Source of the DNA: Chiloscyllium plagiosum
Lineage: Eukaryota
Direction of reading: 5' to 3'
Assembly (NCBI RefSeq): GCF_004010195.1
Contig: NW_025215373.1
Span: 1-44,004, forward strand
Length of the DNA stretch: 44,004 bases
Shown piece after piece: positions 12,041 to 23,073 of this stretch (positions within the stretch are counted from its first letter, which is position 1; every line of letters starts with the position of its first letter). The position numbers were made by a program, and so were the translations under genes. The notes beneath the pieces were generated by a model that was not told the origin of the DNA, searched no databases, and saw only the letters and a program-made list of their open reading frames with translations.

Positions 12041-12555
12041 CTCACAGTCATACTTGGTGGAATCATATCTTACAGACAATGTTCCAGATCCCACCATCAC
12101 CATCCTTGGATATGTCCTATTCTACCAGCAGGACAGGCCCAGCAGAGGGAGTGACACAGTGAGATACAGTTGGGGAGTTGTTCTGGGAGTGTTCAGTGTT
12201 GACTGTGGACCTCATGAGGTCTCATGGCATCTGGTTAAACGTGGGCAAGTAAACCTCCTGCTGATTACCACGTGCTGTCCCCCCTCGCTGATGAATTACT
12301 GCTCCTTCGTGATTAACCCTTTGATGCAAAATGTGCTCTGGGTGGAGGATTGCACTGTCCACACTAAGAGGGGCTCGGCAGCAGCATTACTGATGGGGCT
12401 GGCCGGGTCCTAAAGGACATCACTGCTAGACTGGGTCTGCAGCAGGTGGGGAGGGGACCAACAACAGGGGAAAACATACAAAACCTCATCCTTACCAATC
12501 TGTCAGCCACAGATGTATCTGTCTGTGACAGTATCAGTAAGAGGTGTAGGGGCAT
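12040..12555 (+). mobile_element. Second LINE family, endonuclease fragment
   Basis: ESYLTDNVPD.TITI.GYVL...QDRPSRG and NVLWV.D. Confidence 0.75.
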
Positions 12556-12930
12556 CAAGGTGTTTGACTGGATGAATCACAAAACATTAGTGACCAGGTA
12601 CAGAAAGTAATCAGGAAAGCAATTGGGCTGCTGTCTTTTATGACGACAGAGATTGATATAAAAGTGAGGCTGTTAACGCTTCAGTTATGCAGAGCCTTGG
12701 TGAGACCACATTTTGAAGACTGTGGGGTGCTTTTAGTTTTCGTATTTCTGGGAGGAAGTAACTGTATTGGAGATGGTTCTGAGGATCTTTACAGGATTGA
12801 TACTGGGAGTGAGTGGGCTATGTTTTGAGGAAACTTTGGACAGACTGGGCTGTTTCCCTCTGGAGTTCAGGAGAGTGACAGATGAGTTGATTGAAGTGAA
12901 TACTTCTTGAATGACCAACGTCTCTGTCTC

Positions 12931-13012
12931 AGGCTCAGTGCAGTGTTCCAGGGAGGCTCAGTGCAGTGTTCCAGGGAGGCTCAGTGCAGTGTTCCAGGGA
13001 GGCTCAGTGCAG
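12931..13012 (+). repeat. 23-bp tandem repeat, about 3.5 perfect copies
   Basis: AGGCTCAGTGCAGTGTTCCAGGG at 12931, 12954 and 12977; partial copy at 13000. Confidence 0.95.
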
Positions 13013-13359
13013 GCTGGAAGAGCAGCGTCTCTACTTCCACTTGGGGACCCTGCAACCTTCTGGAGTCAATATCGAGTTCATTAACGTTAGGGTCTGAGAA
13101 CCTTCCCCCATGTCCATACCCCAACCCCCACATGCCTGGCCTTGTCATTGCACAGGCTGTTACAACACACGTCCTGTTCTCTGTGACTCGTAGTCCCCAT
13201 TAGCATCTATTCATTCCCACAGACTGACCATTGCCCACTCCTTTGGCTGTCCAAAGTGTTTCTCTCTCTCTTTGGGTTTGATCTCCACTGATCATTTACT
13301 CCTAACCCCTTGGCCAGCCCATCTTCTGTATAGAAACCACCTGTTTCTGAGCAGCCATC

Positions 13360-13396
13360 AGTTCTGAGGAGGGTCACTGGACCCGAAACATTAACT
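13360..13396 (+). ncRNA. Hammerhead motif of PLE family C (one CpG-type mutation in the palindrome)
   Basis: AGUU-CUGAGGA-GGGUC-ACUG-GACCC-GAAA-CAUU-AACU. Stems I and II are perfect. Confidence 0.7.
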
Positions 13397-13889
13397 CTGC
13401 TTTCTCTCCACAGTTGCTGCCAGACCTGCTGAGCTTTCCCAGTGATTTCTGACTTTGTATCAGATCCTGAATGGTCTGGACATGGAGGATGTGGGAAGGA
13501 TGTTTCCCCTTGTGGGTCATCCCAGAATCAGGGGGTGCTGTTTTACAATTAGGGGTTGCCCTCCTAGGACAGAGATGAGGGGTATTGTTGACTCTGAGGG
13601 TTGTGAGACTTTGAAATATTTTTCCTCATTAAGGCAGTGGGTGTGGGATTGCTGAATATTTTCAGGCAGAGATGAATTGATTTTTATTGGGCACATCATT
13701 AAGGATTATCGGGGGTGGGGGAGGTGGGAATGTGGAATTGGAAATGTAAGCAGATCAGCCACAATCACCTTGAGGGGTGGAGTTAGCTGGTGGGGCCAAA
13801 TGGCCTACTTTTGCTGCAGTTTTACATTTTCTAGAGATCCTCCAGTTTCCACTGAGAATTCTGGACAAAGTGCAAAGTTAAAAATCATT

Positions 13890-14048
13890 CCCAGCTACCT
13901 CCGCCACCCCCCGACTTCCCCCACCAGCCACACCCCCCTCCCATTTATCTCTCAGCCCCCGATGAAGGGCTTCCGTCCAAAGCCTCAATTCTCTGGCTCC
14001 TCGGATGCTGCCTGACCTGCTGTGCTTTTCCAGCACCACACACTCGAC
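13890..14048 (+). mobile_element. Decayed Penelope 3' end (family A-like)
   Basis: cctcccatttatctc..gatgaagggc..ctcctcggatgctgcctgacctgctgtgcttttccagcaccaca. Confidence 0.75.
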
Positions 14049-14143
14049 ACTATCGGAGGGTCAGTGCTGAGGGAGTGCCGCATTGTCAGAGGGTCAGCAC
14101 TGAGGAAGCGCCGCACTGTCGGACGGTCAGTGCTGAGGGAGCG
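14049..14143 (-). repeat. Three units of the 33-bp satellite
   Basis: Reverse complement of the unit at 40953-41315. Confidence 0.9.
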
Positions 14144-14416
14144 CGTTATTTAGTACAATACTGATTGCATTTGAAAATCCCCCTTATTTGAGTGAAAGTC
14201 ACTATAGAAATTGAAGTCTTTGCTTTTTCCTGCGAAAATCTCTTTGAGGTGGATCCTGCAGTGTTTGAACAAACCCTGTTTGCTTCTGTTCCTGTGGAGC
14301 GGCTATTTCCACTGGCTTCAGTTAATGTGCAGATTATATTGTGCCTGGACAGAAAGCTCTTTGTGTTGGTGAAGAGTTGATGCTGGTTTGTATAGTGCAT
14401 GCTGTGTAGTGCTGGG

Positions 14417-14710
14417 ACACTCACGGACACACACACAGACACGTACACACAGACACAGACACGCACACACAGACACACACACAGACATGCACACACAGAC
14501 ACGTACACACACATACACAGACACACACACACACACTCTCCTACATAGACACCCACACAGATATAGACAAACATACACACACAGTCTCATACGGAGACAA
14601 ATACTTACACGCAGACAGACACAGACACCCACACACACTTTCAGAAAGATGCCCACATGACACACAGACACACACCCAGACACACACTCTCTCTCTCACA
14701 CAGGCACACA
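14417..14710. repeat. Degenerate (CA)n/(CAGA)n microsatellite
   Basis: Direct reading. Confidence 0.95.
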
Positions 14711-15274
14711 CAGTGCCATTAGGATGTTCGTTCAGGAGCACGTTTTGGTTGTTATAGAGACAAGGCCCAGTAAATTGGGCTTTTGTTGAATTGTTGGAAA
14801 CTTTGTGTTAATTCCAAGTCAGACGTGTTACTTCAGGGTCATGTGTGTGTTGTGAGGGGGATGGGATGTGTTTGCACAGCAGTGGATTAAAGCTGATTCC
14901 TTTCCCATCTACCTGGGCTGGACGTGAATGTTCATTGTGAGTATGTGGTTTGGGTTGGGGGAGTAATTAATGCAGACGCCTCTGGGGTCATTAGCATCAG
15001 AACATTACTGTCCACACTCTGAGCAGTTCTCAGACTGAGGAGAAAGAAATGATTCAGAGTGTCACGGATCTAATTATTTTCTTCCTGTCTCCATAGTTCC
15101 TTCTCCCACCCTCTTAGTTTGCACCTCAAATACATTTTGTCAGATTGTTGATTCCCCCAAACTCTTAATGAAGTTAACTCACGTTTCATTGCAATGTCAC
15201 AAAAGCCCAATTGACCAGCCCTCGTCTCCGTAACAACCAACACAGGTTTCTGAATTAACATCCTTATGGAGCTG

Positions 15275-15615
15275 AAGGAATACAATCCCTATAGTGTGGG
15301 AGCAGGCCATTCGGCCCATCTGAAGAGTATCTCTACCAGACACCCCCCCTACCCTATCCCTGTAACCCTGCGTTTCCCATGACCAATCCACCCTAACCTG
15401 TACATCCCTGGACACTATTGGCAATTTCCCATGGCCAGTCCACCCTAACCTGCGTAACTTTGGACTGTGGGAGGAAACTGGAGCACCTGGAGGAAACCCA
15501 CGCAGACGTGGGGAGAATGTGCAAACTCCACGCAGTCAGTTGCCCGAGGCTGGTATTGAAATTGGAACCCTGGTGCTGTGAGGCAGCAGTGCTAACCACT
15601 GAGCCACTGTGCTGT
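15275..15615 (-). mobile_element. HE1/V-SINE-type tRNA-derived SINE with a CR1-like tail
   Basis: Reverse gtggctcagtggttagcactgctgcctcacagc, then the V-domain-like gtggagtttgcacattctcccc..gtgggtttcctcc. Confidence 0.9.
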
Positions 15616-15712
15616 CCTGTGTCTCTTAAAGATATACTGACCACGAGAGTTAATGTAAACCATGATCTCAAAATGATTTGAGGATCTCAAAGGAGTGAAA
15701 TCTGCCATCCAA

Positions 15713-16020
15713 ATCAGAGAGCTTTATAGCATGGAAACAGACCCTTTGGTCCAACTTGTCCATGTTGACCAGATATCCTAAATTAATCCAGTGCCATTTG
15801 CCAGCCCTTGTCCCATATCCCTCCAAACCCTTCCTATTCATATACCCATCCAGATGCCTCTTAATGTTGCAATTGTACCAGCCTCCACCACATCTTCTGG
15901 CAGCTCATTCCATAAACGCACCACCCTCTGTGTGAAAAAGTTCTGGACTCCCCCACCTCAGGGAAAAGACCTTGTCTATTTACCCTATCCATGCCCCTCA
16001 TGATTTTATACTTTTATAAA
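15713..16020 (-). mobile_element. Young CR1 3' end
   Basis: Near-identical to the reverse complement of 17300-17650. Confidence 0.9.
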
Positions 16021-17655
16021 TAGACATCTTTACAGAGGAGGTCCACAGGAGATGGGGGAAGATACTAAGCAAGTGTTTTGTATCAGTATTTACTGTGGAG
16101 ATGGACATGGAAGATATAGACTGTAGGGAAATAGATGGTGACATCTTGAAAAATGTCCATATTACAGAGGAGGAAGTGCTGGATGTCTTGAAACGCATAA
16201 AGGTGGATAAATCCCCAGGACTTGATCAGGTGTACCCTAGAACTCTGTGGGAACCTAGAGAAGTGATTGCTGGGCCTCTTGCTAAGATATTTGTATCATC
16301 GATAGTCACAGGTGAGGTGCCGGCAGACTGGAGGTTGGTTAACGTGGTGCCACTGTTTAAGAAGGGTGGTAAAGACAAGCCAGGGAACTATAGACCAGTG
16401 AGCCTGATGTTGGTGGTGGGTAAGTTGTTGGAGGGAATCCTGAGGGACAGGATGTACATGTATTTGGAAAGGAAGGACTGATTATGGCTAGTCAACATGG
16501 CTTTGTGCGTGGGAAATCATGTCTCACAAACTTGATCGAGTGTTTTGAAGAAGTAACAAAGAAGATTGATGAGGGCAGAGCAGTAGATTTGATCTTTATG
16601 GACTTCAGTAAGGCATTCGACAAGGTTCCCCATGGGAGACTGATTAGCAAGCTTAGATCTCATGGAATACAGGGAGAACCAGCCATTTGGATACAGAACT
16701 GGCTCAAAGGTAGAAGACAGANNNNNNNNNNNNNNNNNNNNNNNNNNNNNNNNNNNNNNNNNNNNNNNNNNNNNNNNNNNNNNNNNNNNNNNNNNNNNNN
16801 NNNNNNNNNNNNNNNNNNNNNNNNNNNNNNNNNNNNNNNNNNNNNNNNNNNNNNNNNNNNNNNNNNNNNNNNNNNNNNNNNNNNNNNNNNNNNNNNNNNN
16901 NNNNNNNNNNNNNNNNNNNNNNNNNNNNNNNNNNNNNNNNNNNNNNNNNNNNNNNNNNNNNNNNNNNNNNNNNNNNNNNNNNNNNNNNNNNNNNNNNNNN
17001 NNNNNNNNNNNNNNNNNNNNNNNNNNNNNNNNNNNNNNNNNNNNNNNNNNNNNNNNNNNNNNNNNNNNNNNNNNNNNNNNNNNNNNNNNNNNNNNNNNNN
17101 NNNNNNNNNNNNNNNNNNNNNNNNNNNNNNNNNNNNNNNNNNNNNNNNNNNNNNNNNNNNNNNNNNNTTGTGAAACTTGAAAGGGTTCAGAAAAGATTTA
17201 CAAGGATGTTGCCAGGGTTGGAGGATTTGAGCTACAGGGAGAGGCTGAACAGGCTGGGGCTGTTTTCCCTGGAACGTCAGAGGCTGAGGGGTGACCTTAT
17301 AGAGGTTTACAAAATCAGGATGGGCATGGATCGGATATATAGATAAGATCTTTTCCCTGGGATGGGGGAGTCCAGAACTAGAGGGCATAGGTTTTTAGGG
17401 TGAGAGGGGAAAGATATAAAAGGGGCAACTTTTTCACGTAGAGGGTGGTGCGTGTATGGAATGAGCTGCCAGAGGAAGTGGTATTGGCTGGTACAATGAC
17501 AACATTTAAAAGACATCTGGGTGGGTATATGAATAGGAAGGGTTTGGAGGGATATGGGCCAAGTGCTGGCAGGTGGGACTAGATTGGGTTGGGATATCTG
17601 GTCGGCATGGACGGGTTGGACCGAAGGGTCTGCCTCCGTGTCATCTGTATGACTG
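16021..17655 (+). mobile_element. Young 5'-truncated CR1 (RT region to 3' end, spans a gap)
   Basis: KSPG.DQVYPR.L.E..W.L.NVVPLFKKG.KDKPGNYRPVSL; SQHGFVRGKSCLTNLIE.FEEVTKKIDEGRAVD.I.MDFSKAFDKVPH. Confidence 0.95.
16722..17167. other. Assembly gap
   Basis: N run. Confidence 1.
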
Positions 17656-17972
17656 TAAGACCTGAGCACACCACAGTGAAGTGTTCTCATTCATGATGTC
17701 CCTGGTCAGTGTATGAATATAAACTCTCCTCTGGATTCAAGCTCCATGTATTGGAGCTGGAGAATATTCTCTTAATCTTGTCCATGGGAGATGGAGGGTC
17801 TCACTGAGCTAGAATCTAGAGGCCAGACTAATGCCCTGGGGGCGTGCCTTCAAATTGCACCACCATCTGAAGTGAGATAGGAAGCAGGCCATTCGGTCCC
17901 TCAAGCCTGCTCCCTGAATCAATAAGTTGGATTGGTTTGCATTTGGTTCCTGCGTTCACACCTCCCCCTTAT

Positions 17973-18285
17973 GGGCGGCACGGTGGCACAGTGGTTAGCA
18001 CTGCTGCCTCACAGTGCCAGAGACCCGGGTTCAATTCCCGCCTCAGGCGACTGACTGTGTGGAGTTTGCACATTCTCCCCGTGTCTGCGTGGGTTTACTC
18101 CGGGTGCTCCGGTTTCCTCCCACAGTCCAAAGATGTACAGGTCAGGTGAATTGGCCATGCTAAATTGCCCGTAGTGTTAGGTAAGGGGCAAATGTAGGGG
18201 TATGGGTGGGTTGCGCTTCGGCGGGGCGGTGTGGATTTGTTGGGCCGAAGGGCCTGTTTCCACACTGTAATGTAATCTAATCTAA
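17973..18285 (+). mobile_element. Young full-length HE1/V-SINE-type SINE
   Basis: Pol III A-box TGGCACAGTGG (17984-17994), B-box GGTTCAATTCC (18028-18038), V-domain-like core, CR1-like 3' end, (TAATC)n tail. Confidence 0.95.
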
Positions 18286-18649
18286 AAGATCAACCATGAT
18301 TGTGTTGAATGGCGGGACAGGCTTGAGGGGCCGAATGGCCTGCTCCTACTCTTGGTTCATATGCTCTTATGATGATAATGGTGGAATTTAAACTTGGTAC
18401 ATGACTCAAGATGATAACACTCCACCTCGTAATGGTAACCATGGCAACTATAATCAATTGTTGTAAAGTAAGCCATTTGGTTCACGCATGTCCTTTTAGA
18501 GAAGGAAATGTGTCTGAAATGCTGGAACAAGACACTCATTTCAAGGGCACTTCGATCTACCAAAACATGTTGATGCAGTGTCCCATCAAAGCATGACATT
18601 CTTAAAAGCCCCACAGTATGAACTTGAGAGGGAGCTACTGACTCTCAGT

Positions 18650-18900
18650 TCACAGCAAGTTCCCCTCCAAGCCACTCACCGTCCCGACTTGGAAATATAT
18701 CGCTGTTCCTTCCCTCTGGCTGGGTCAAAATCCTGGAATCCCCTCTCTCAGGGACATTGTGGGTCTAATGGAACAGCGCATGGACTGCAGTGGTTCAAGA
18801 AGGCAGCTCACCCCCACCTTGTCGAAGGGCAACTAGAGATGGACTCTCAATACTGGGCCCAGCCAGATTACATTACATTCACATCCTTTCAGTGAATTAA
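18650..18900 (+). mobile_element. 3' end of the second LINE family
   Basis: caagttcccctccaagccactcacc..gacttggaaatatatcgc..caaaatcctggaatccc, repeated at 21300-21490 (-) and 37515-37700 (+). Confidence 0.8.
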
Positions 18901-18999
18901 AAAAAAAGGTGTTAAAACCAAGGTCTGCTCAGTTCTCTTGGTTAGAAGTGAATGATTTCCTGGTTACTCGTTTGAAGAATGGACAAAGTCTCTTTGTGC

Positions 19000-19208
19000 T
19001 GAAAATGTGTTGCTGGAAAAGCGCAGCAGGTCGGGCAGCATCCAGGGAACAGGAGAATCGACGTTTCGGGCATAAGCCCTTCTTCAGGAATCTGTATGCC
19101 CGAAACGTCGACTCTCCTGTTCCCTTGGATGCTGCCTGACCTGCTGCGCTTTTCCAGCAACACATTTCCAGCTCTGATCTCCAGCATCTGCAGACCTCAC
19201 TTTCTCCT
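19000..19208. mobile_element. Palindromic Penelope mini-insertion (family A)
   Basis: 16-bp TSD CAAAGTCTCTTTGTGC at 18984-18999 and 19209-19224. Inverted arms of about 75 bp. Confidence 0.93.
19056..19091 (-). ncRNA. Minimal hammerhead ribozyme motif
   Basis: AUUC-CUGAAGA-A-GGGC-UUAU-GCCC-GAAA-CGUC-GAUU. Confidence 0.75.
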
Positions 19209-20196
19209 CAAAGTCTCTTTGTGCCCTCACCAGTCGCCAATTCTTCATCAGCGTTGCTGAGTAAATTCAGGTATGAGTTGGCAAAGCCTATGTCAGTGGG
19301 AAAATGGTTGTTCAGAGTCTGATCGAGAGCTCATCTGTTGCAAGGTCAGACTCATGTGAGACTAGGCCTTAGTGACACATTGCAGTGGTGCTGAAAGCCA
19401 CTTGTTAACCGGGCAGCCTGCCGCAAGGCAGCACCTCGTCATCGCAGCAACAAGTCCCTCTCGTGTTCGGAGAGTGCTGCCTGTTCTCCAATTGCTTGAA
19501 TAATAAGGCTGGCTTGCTGCTCTCCCCGCTGAGCTCCTAAAGCAGAGAGACCAGTGGAGGAAGACATGGCGGCAAGACATGGGGAGGAGCAAGGGAGACC
19601 TGGGAAGATGTGAATGCATTGGAGAGAGTGAAGAAGTGGCTTTATTAGAATGGATTGAGAAGCCTCAGTGAATGAGGACAGACTGAAGAGAAGAAGGCCG
19701 AGAGGGAGATCGGACAGAAGCTTCCAGAATCGTGAGCCGGCTGGATAGATTCAAGAGGAAGAAACTCTTCCTGTTCATAACAAGATCAAGAATGCGATTT
19801 GAAGAGAAGACCAAAAGGAGCAAGAGTTAACTTTGGAAAATCTTTCTGACCCAGCGAGTAGTTAGAGTGTGGGAATGCACCACCTGGAAATGTGATGGGG
19901 GCAGGGTCAACTGATGTGGGGGAGCCGGTCTTGGACTGGGGTGGACAATGTTAAAAAGATGGCCTCCTTCTTCAAGGACCGCAATTTCCCCCCCGACGTG
20001 GTCGACGATGCCCTCCACCGCATCTCCTCCACTTCCCGCTCCTCCGCCCTTGAGCCCCGCCCCTCCAACTGCCACCAGGACAGAACCCCCACTGGTCCTC
20101 ACCTACCACCCCACCAATCTCCATGTACAGCGCATCATCCGCCGTCATTTCCGCTACCTCCAAACGGACCCCACCACCAAGGATATATCTCCCTCC

Positions 20197-20421
20197 NNNN
20201 NNNNNNNNNNNNNNNNNNNNNNNNNNNNNNNNNNNNNNNNNNNNNNNNNNNNNNNNNNNNNNNNNNNNNNNNNNNNNNNNNNNNNNNNNNNNNNNNNNNN
20301 NNNNNNNNNNNNNNNNNNNNNNNNNNNNNNNNNNNNNNNNNNNNNNNNNNNNNNNNNNNNNNNNNNNNNNNNNNNNNNNNNNNNNNNNNNNNNNNNNNNN
20401 NNNNNNNNNNNNNNNNNNNNN
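20197..20421. other. Assembly gap
   Basis: N run. Confidence 1.
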
Positions 20422-20777
20422 CTCCCATTCCACCAAGGATATGCAGGTCTTTGGATTCCTCCATCGTCAGACCACAGCGAAACGACGGTTGGATGAAGAA
20501 CGCCTCATCTTCCGGCTAGGAACTCTCCAACCACAAGGGATGAACTCGGGTTTCACCAGTTTCCTCATTTCCCCTCCCCCCACCTTGTCTCAGTCAAATC
20601 CATCGAATTCAGCACCGCCTTCCTAACCTGCAATCTTCTTCCCGACCTCTCCGCCCCCACCCCAGTCTGACCTATCACCCTCACTTTGACCTCTTTCCAC
20701 CTATCACATTTCCGACGCCCCTCCCCCAAGTCCCTCCTCCCTGCCTTTTATCTTAGCCTGCTGGACAAACTTTCCTC

Positions 20778-20813
20778 ATTCCTGAAGAAGGGCTTATGCC
20801 CGAAACGTCGATT
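20778..20813 (+). ncRNA. Minimal hammerhead in its native PLE 3' UTR context
   Basis: AUUC-CUGAAGA-A-GGGC-UUAU-GCCC-GAAA-CGUC-GAUU, downstream of the PLE ORF end. Confidence 0.8.
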
Positions 20814-21294
20814 CTCCTGTTCCCTGGATGCTGCCTGACCTGCTGCGCTTTTCCAGCAACACATTTCCAGCAATATTAAAAATCACACAACACTGGGTTA
20901 TAGTCCCACAGGTTTCTTTGGAAGCACAAACTTTCTTACAAGAAAGCTAGTACTTCCAAATAAACCTGTTGGACTATAACCTGGTGTCAGGTTCAGCTGA
21001 GGCATTCAAGAGGGATAATGGATGGTTATTTGGATAGAAATGATCTGCAGAGATATGGGGAAAAGACGGGAGATTGGCTGTAAGGAATGATGATTGTTTG
21101 AGGGGCCAGTGAGAGAGGCAATGGGCTGAATGGCCTCCTTATGCACTGTAACAATTCTATAATATCACTGTGTTATGCAGCATGTGAATGCATTGGAAAA
21201 GCTAGGGAGAAACTGTTGTTTCAGTTTTCCTCTGGCCCATGGTTTTGGTTTCTGGGGCAAAACTTGATCAACATACCATCCTTCAACCTTCATT

Positions 21295-21710
21295 CCCGTC
21301 CCTAGTTGCCCCTTGAGAAGGTGGGGGTGAGCTGACTCCTTGAACCGCTGCAGTCCATGTGCTGTGGGTAGACCCACAATGCCCTTAGGGAGGGGATTCC
21401 AGGATTTTGACCCAATAACAGTGAAAGAACGGTGATATATTTCCAAGTCAGGATGGCGAGGGGTTTGGAGGGGAACTTGCAGGGGGTGATGTTCCCATAT
21501 ACCTGCTGCCCCTGTCCTCCTCGATGGAAGTGGTCATGGGTTTGGAAGGTGCTGCCTGAGAATCTTTGGTGAGTTTTTGCCATGCATTTTGTCGATGGTA
21601 CACCCGGCTGCTGCTGGCCTCGTACCATCTACAAGATGCACTGCAGAAATTTGCCAAAGATCCTCAGACAGCACCTTCCAAACGCACAAGCACCCTTCCA
21701 TCTGGAAAGA
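21295..21710 (-). mobile_element. 3' end of the second LINE family with a short inverted duplicate (about 21640-21710)
   Basis: tttggaaggtgctgcctgagaatctttgg (21541) versus ccaaagatcctcagacagcaccttccaaa (21654). Confidence 0.75.
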
Positions 21711-22204
21711 AGAAGGAGGTCTCACCTGGAATTCTCCATAGCTTTTACAATTTTAAAAATTCACTCATGGGCTGGTGGTCAACCCTGGTCTTGGCCAAAA
21801 AGACAAGACTGGACCATTCAGCCCCTCCAGCCTGTCTGGAGCCCGGACCCGATGTCCTGCTCAGCCTCACCTCCCTGGACCTGCCAGGGCCCTGGGTAGA
21901 GCCTACAGACGCCCTCTCTTTCAGAATCCCCCCCAATGACCCCTCACCACCCTCTCCCAGTGTCCATTTATTTATTCACAATACTCTCGCCATCAGATAA
22001 ATTATTGTGGGTTGCATTTGGTTGTCAATTTGAAAAGGAGAATACGTGAACATGGTGCAGGAATATTCCCCTGATCCTACTCTGTCTTTCAATAAGATCA
22101 TGGCTGACGTGACCACTCCTGATTCCCTCAACCACCTTTTCATTCCCTTTCTTAAACAGAACCCAGTTACCTCTACCTTAAAAAAAACACAGAGACTCCA
22201 TTTC

Positions 22205-23070
22205 TAATGTCATAGAGTCATACAGCATGGAAACAGGCCCTTCGGCCCACATCATCCATGCCAACCAGGTTGCCTGGTCTCATTTGCCTGCCTTTGGCCC
22301 AGATCTTCTGAACCTTTCCTGTCCAAATGCCTTTTAAATGTTGTCATTGTACCACCCTCCATCACTTCCACTGGCAGTTCGTTCCATACGCGCACCACTC
22401 TCTGTGTGAAAAAGTTACCCCTTGGGCCCCGTTTATTTATGATCACTAGTCCCAAAGTGCTCCCCTGCTCACACCTCAAATCACTTCCCCTGCCTTATAT
22501 CTTGAGACGTGATGGAGTTTTGCCCCTTCTCCAGATATTGACTGAGAACGTTTTCTTGAACACACTGAGCAAAGTCCTCCCTATCCAAGCCCTTAACACC
22601 ACAACAGTCCCAGTCGATGTTGGGAAAGGTAAAATCCTGATTATTCTCACATGTGATCTCCCTGCACACAGGCTCTGTACCTCGATCTTAACTCTCCGTA
22701 GTGATTAGGAAGGCACTTGACGTTGTTGACCTTTGTTGCAAAGGTTCAGTTGTTTGTGGTACCAAAGGTTAGTGCCATTCATAAATGATTGACCCCAGCA
22801 ACATCCAGTCATCAATATCATCATATCAGAGAGTCATTGAGTCATTCAACATGGAAACAGACCCTTCGGCCCAACCAGTCCATGCCAACCATAATCCCAA
22901 ACGAGTCCCACCTGCCTGCTCCTGGCCCATATCCCTCCAAACCTTTCCTATTCCTGTACCTATTCAAATGCCTTTTAAATGTTTTAATTGTACCTGCATC
23001 CACAATTTTCTCTGGCAGTTCATTCCACATACAAGCCACACTCTGCGGAAAAAGTTGCCTCTCATGTCAT
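22205..23070 (-). mobile_element. Cluster of CR1 fragments (3' ends at 22205-22430 and 22830-23070; EN remnant at 22470-22660)
   Basis: GNFFTQRVVRVWNELP.EV..GT.TTFKRHLD; DF.FPNIDWD. Confidence 0.85.
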
Positions 23071-23073
23071 TAT

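Larger units (their letters stand above)
12910..13451 (+). mobile_element. Penelope-like 3' fragment (family C)
   Basis: RLEEQRLYFHLGTLQPSGVNIEF (GIY-YIG domain C-terminus), followed by a 3' UTR with a hammerhead. Confidence 0.85.
12560..13830 (+). mobile_element. Old CR1 3' part, split by the PLE at 12910-13451
   Basis: LQL.RALVRPH.E.C before the insert; YQILNGLD..DVGRMFPLVG..R.RG after it. Confidence 0.75.
19958..20870 (+). mobile_element. Young 5'-truncated Penelope-like element (family A)
   Basis: MASFFKDRNFPPDVVDDAL..RSSAL; PLVLTYHPTNL.VQRII.RHF..LQTDPTTKDI; R.L.EE.LIFRLGTLQPQGMN. TSD CAAT(G/A)TTAAAAA at 19946-19957 and 20871-20882. Confidence 0.93.
19915..20987. mobile_element. Family B Penelope palindrome (19915-19957 plus 20883-20987), interrupted by a family A element
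   Basis: Arms meet at ctttc-ttacaa-gaaag (20931-20946). Degenerate TSD CAGG(G/T)TCA(A/G)CTGA at 19902-19914 and 20988-21000. Confidence 0.75.
19720..21160 (+). mobile_element. Old CR1 3' end hosting two nested PLE insertions
   Basis: cagcgagtagttagagtgtgggaatgcac..gggggcagg rejoins ttcagctgaggcattcaagaggg..tatttggatag once 19915-21000 is removed. Confidence 0.75.

Noticed and set aside
14146..14741. ORFs rich in C/V or H/T (also 29660-30261 and 31930-32420)
   Set aside because: They are translations of dinucleotide microsatellites.
16484..17388. Long ORFs crossing N-gaps (also 19914-20626)
   Set aside because: Their length is an artefact of the N runs; intactness of the CR1 and PLE ORFs cannot be judged.
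17973..18045. tRNA gene (A and B boxes)
   Set aside because: It is the head of a multi-copy SINE and continues into the SINE body and tail. The same holds at 23074, 34426 and 42696.
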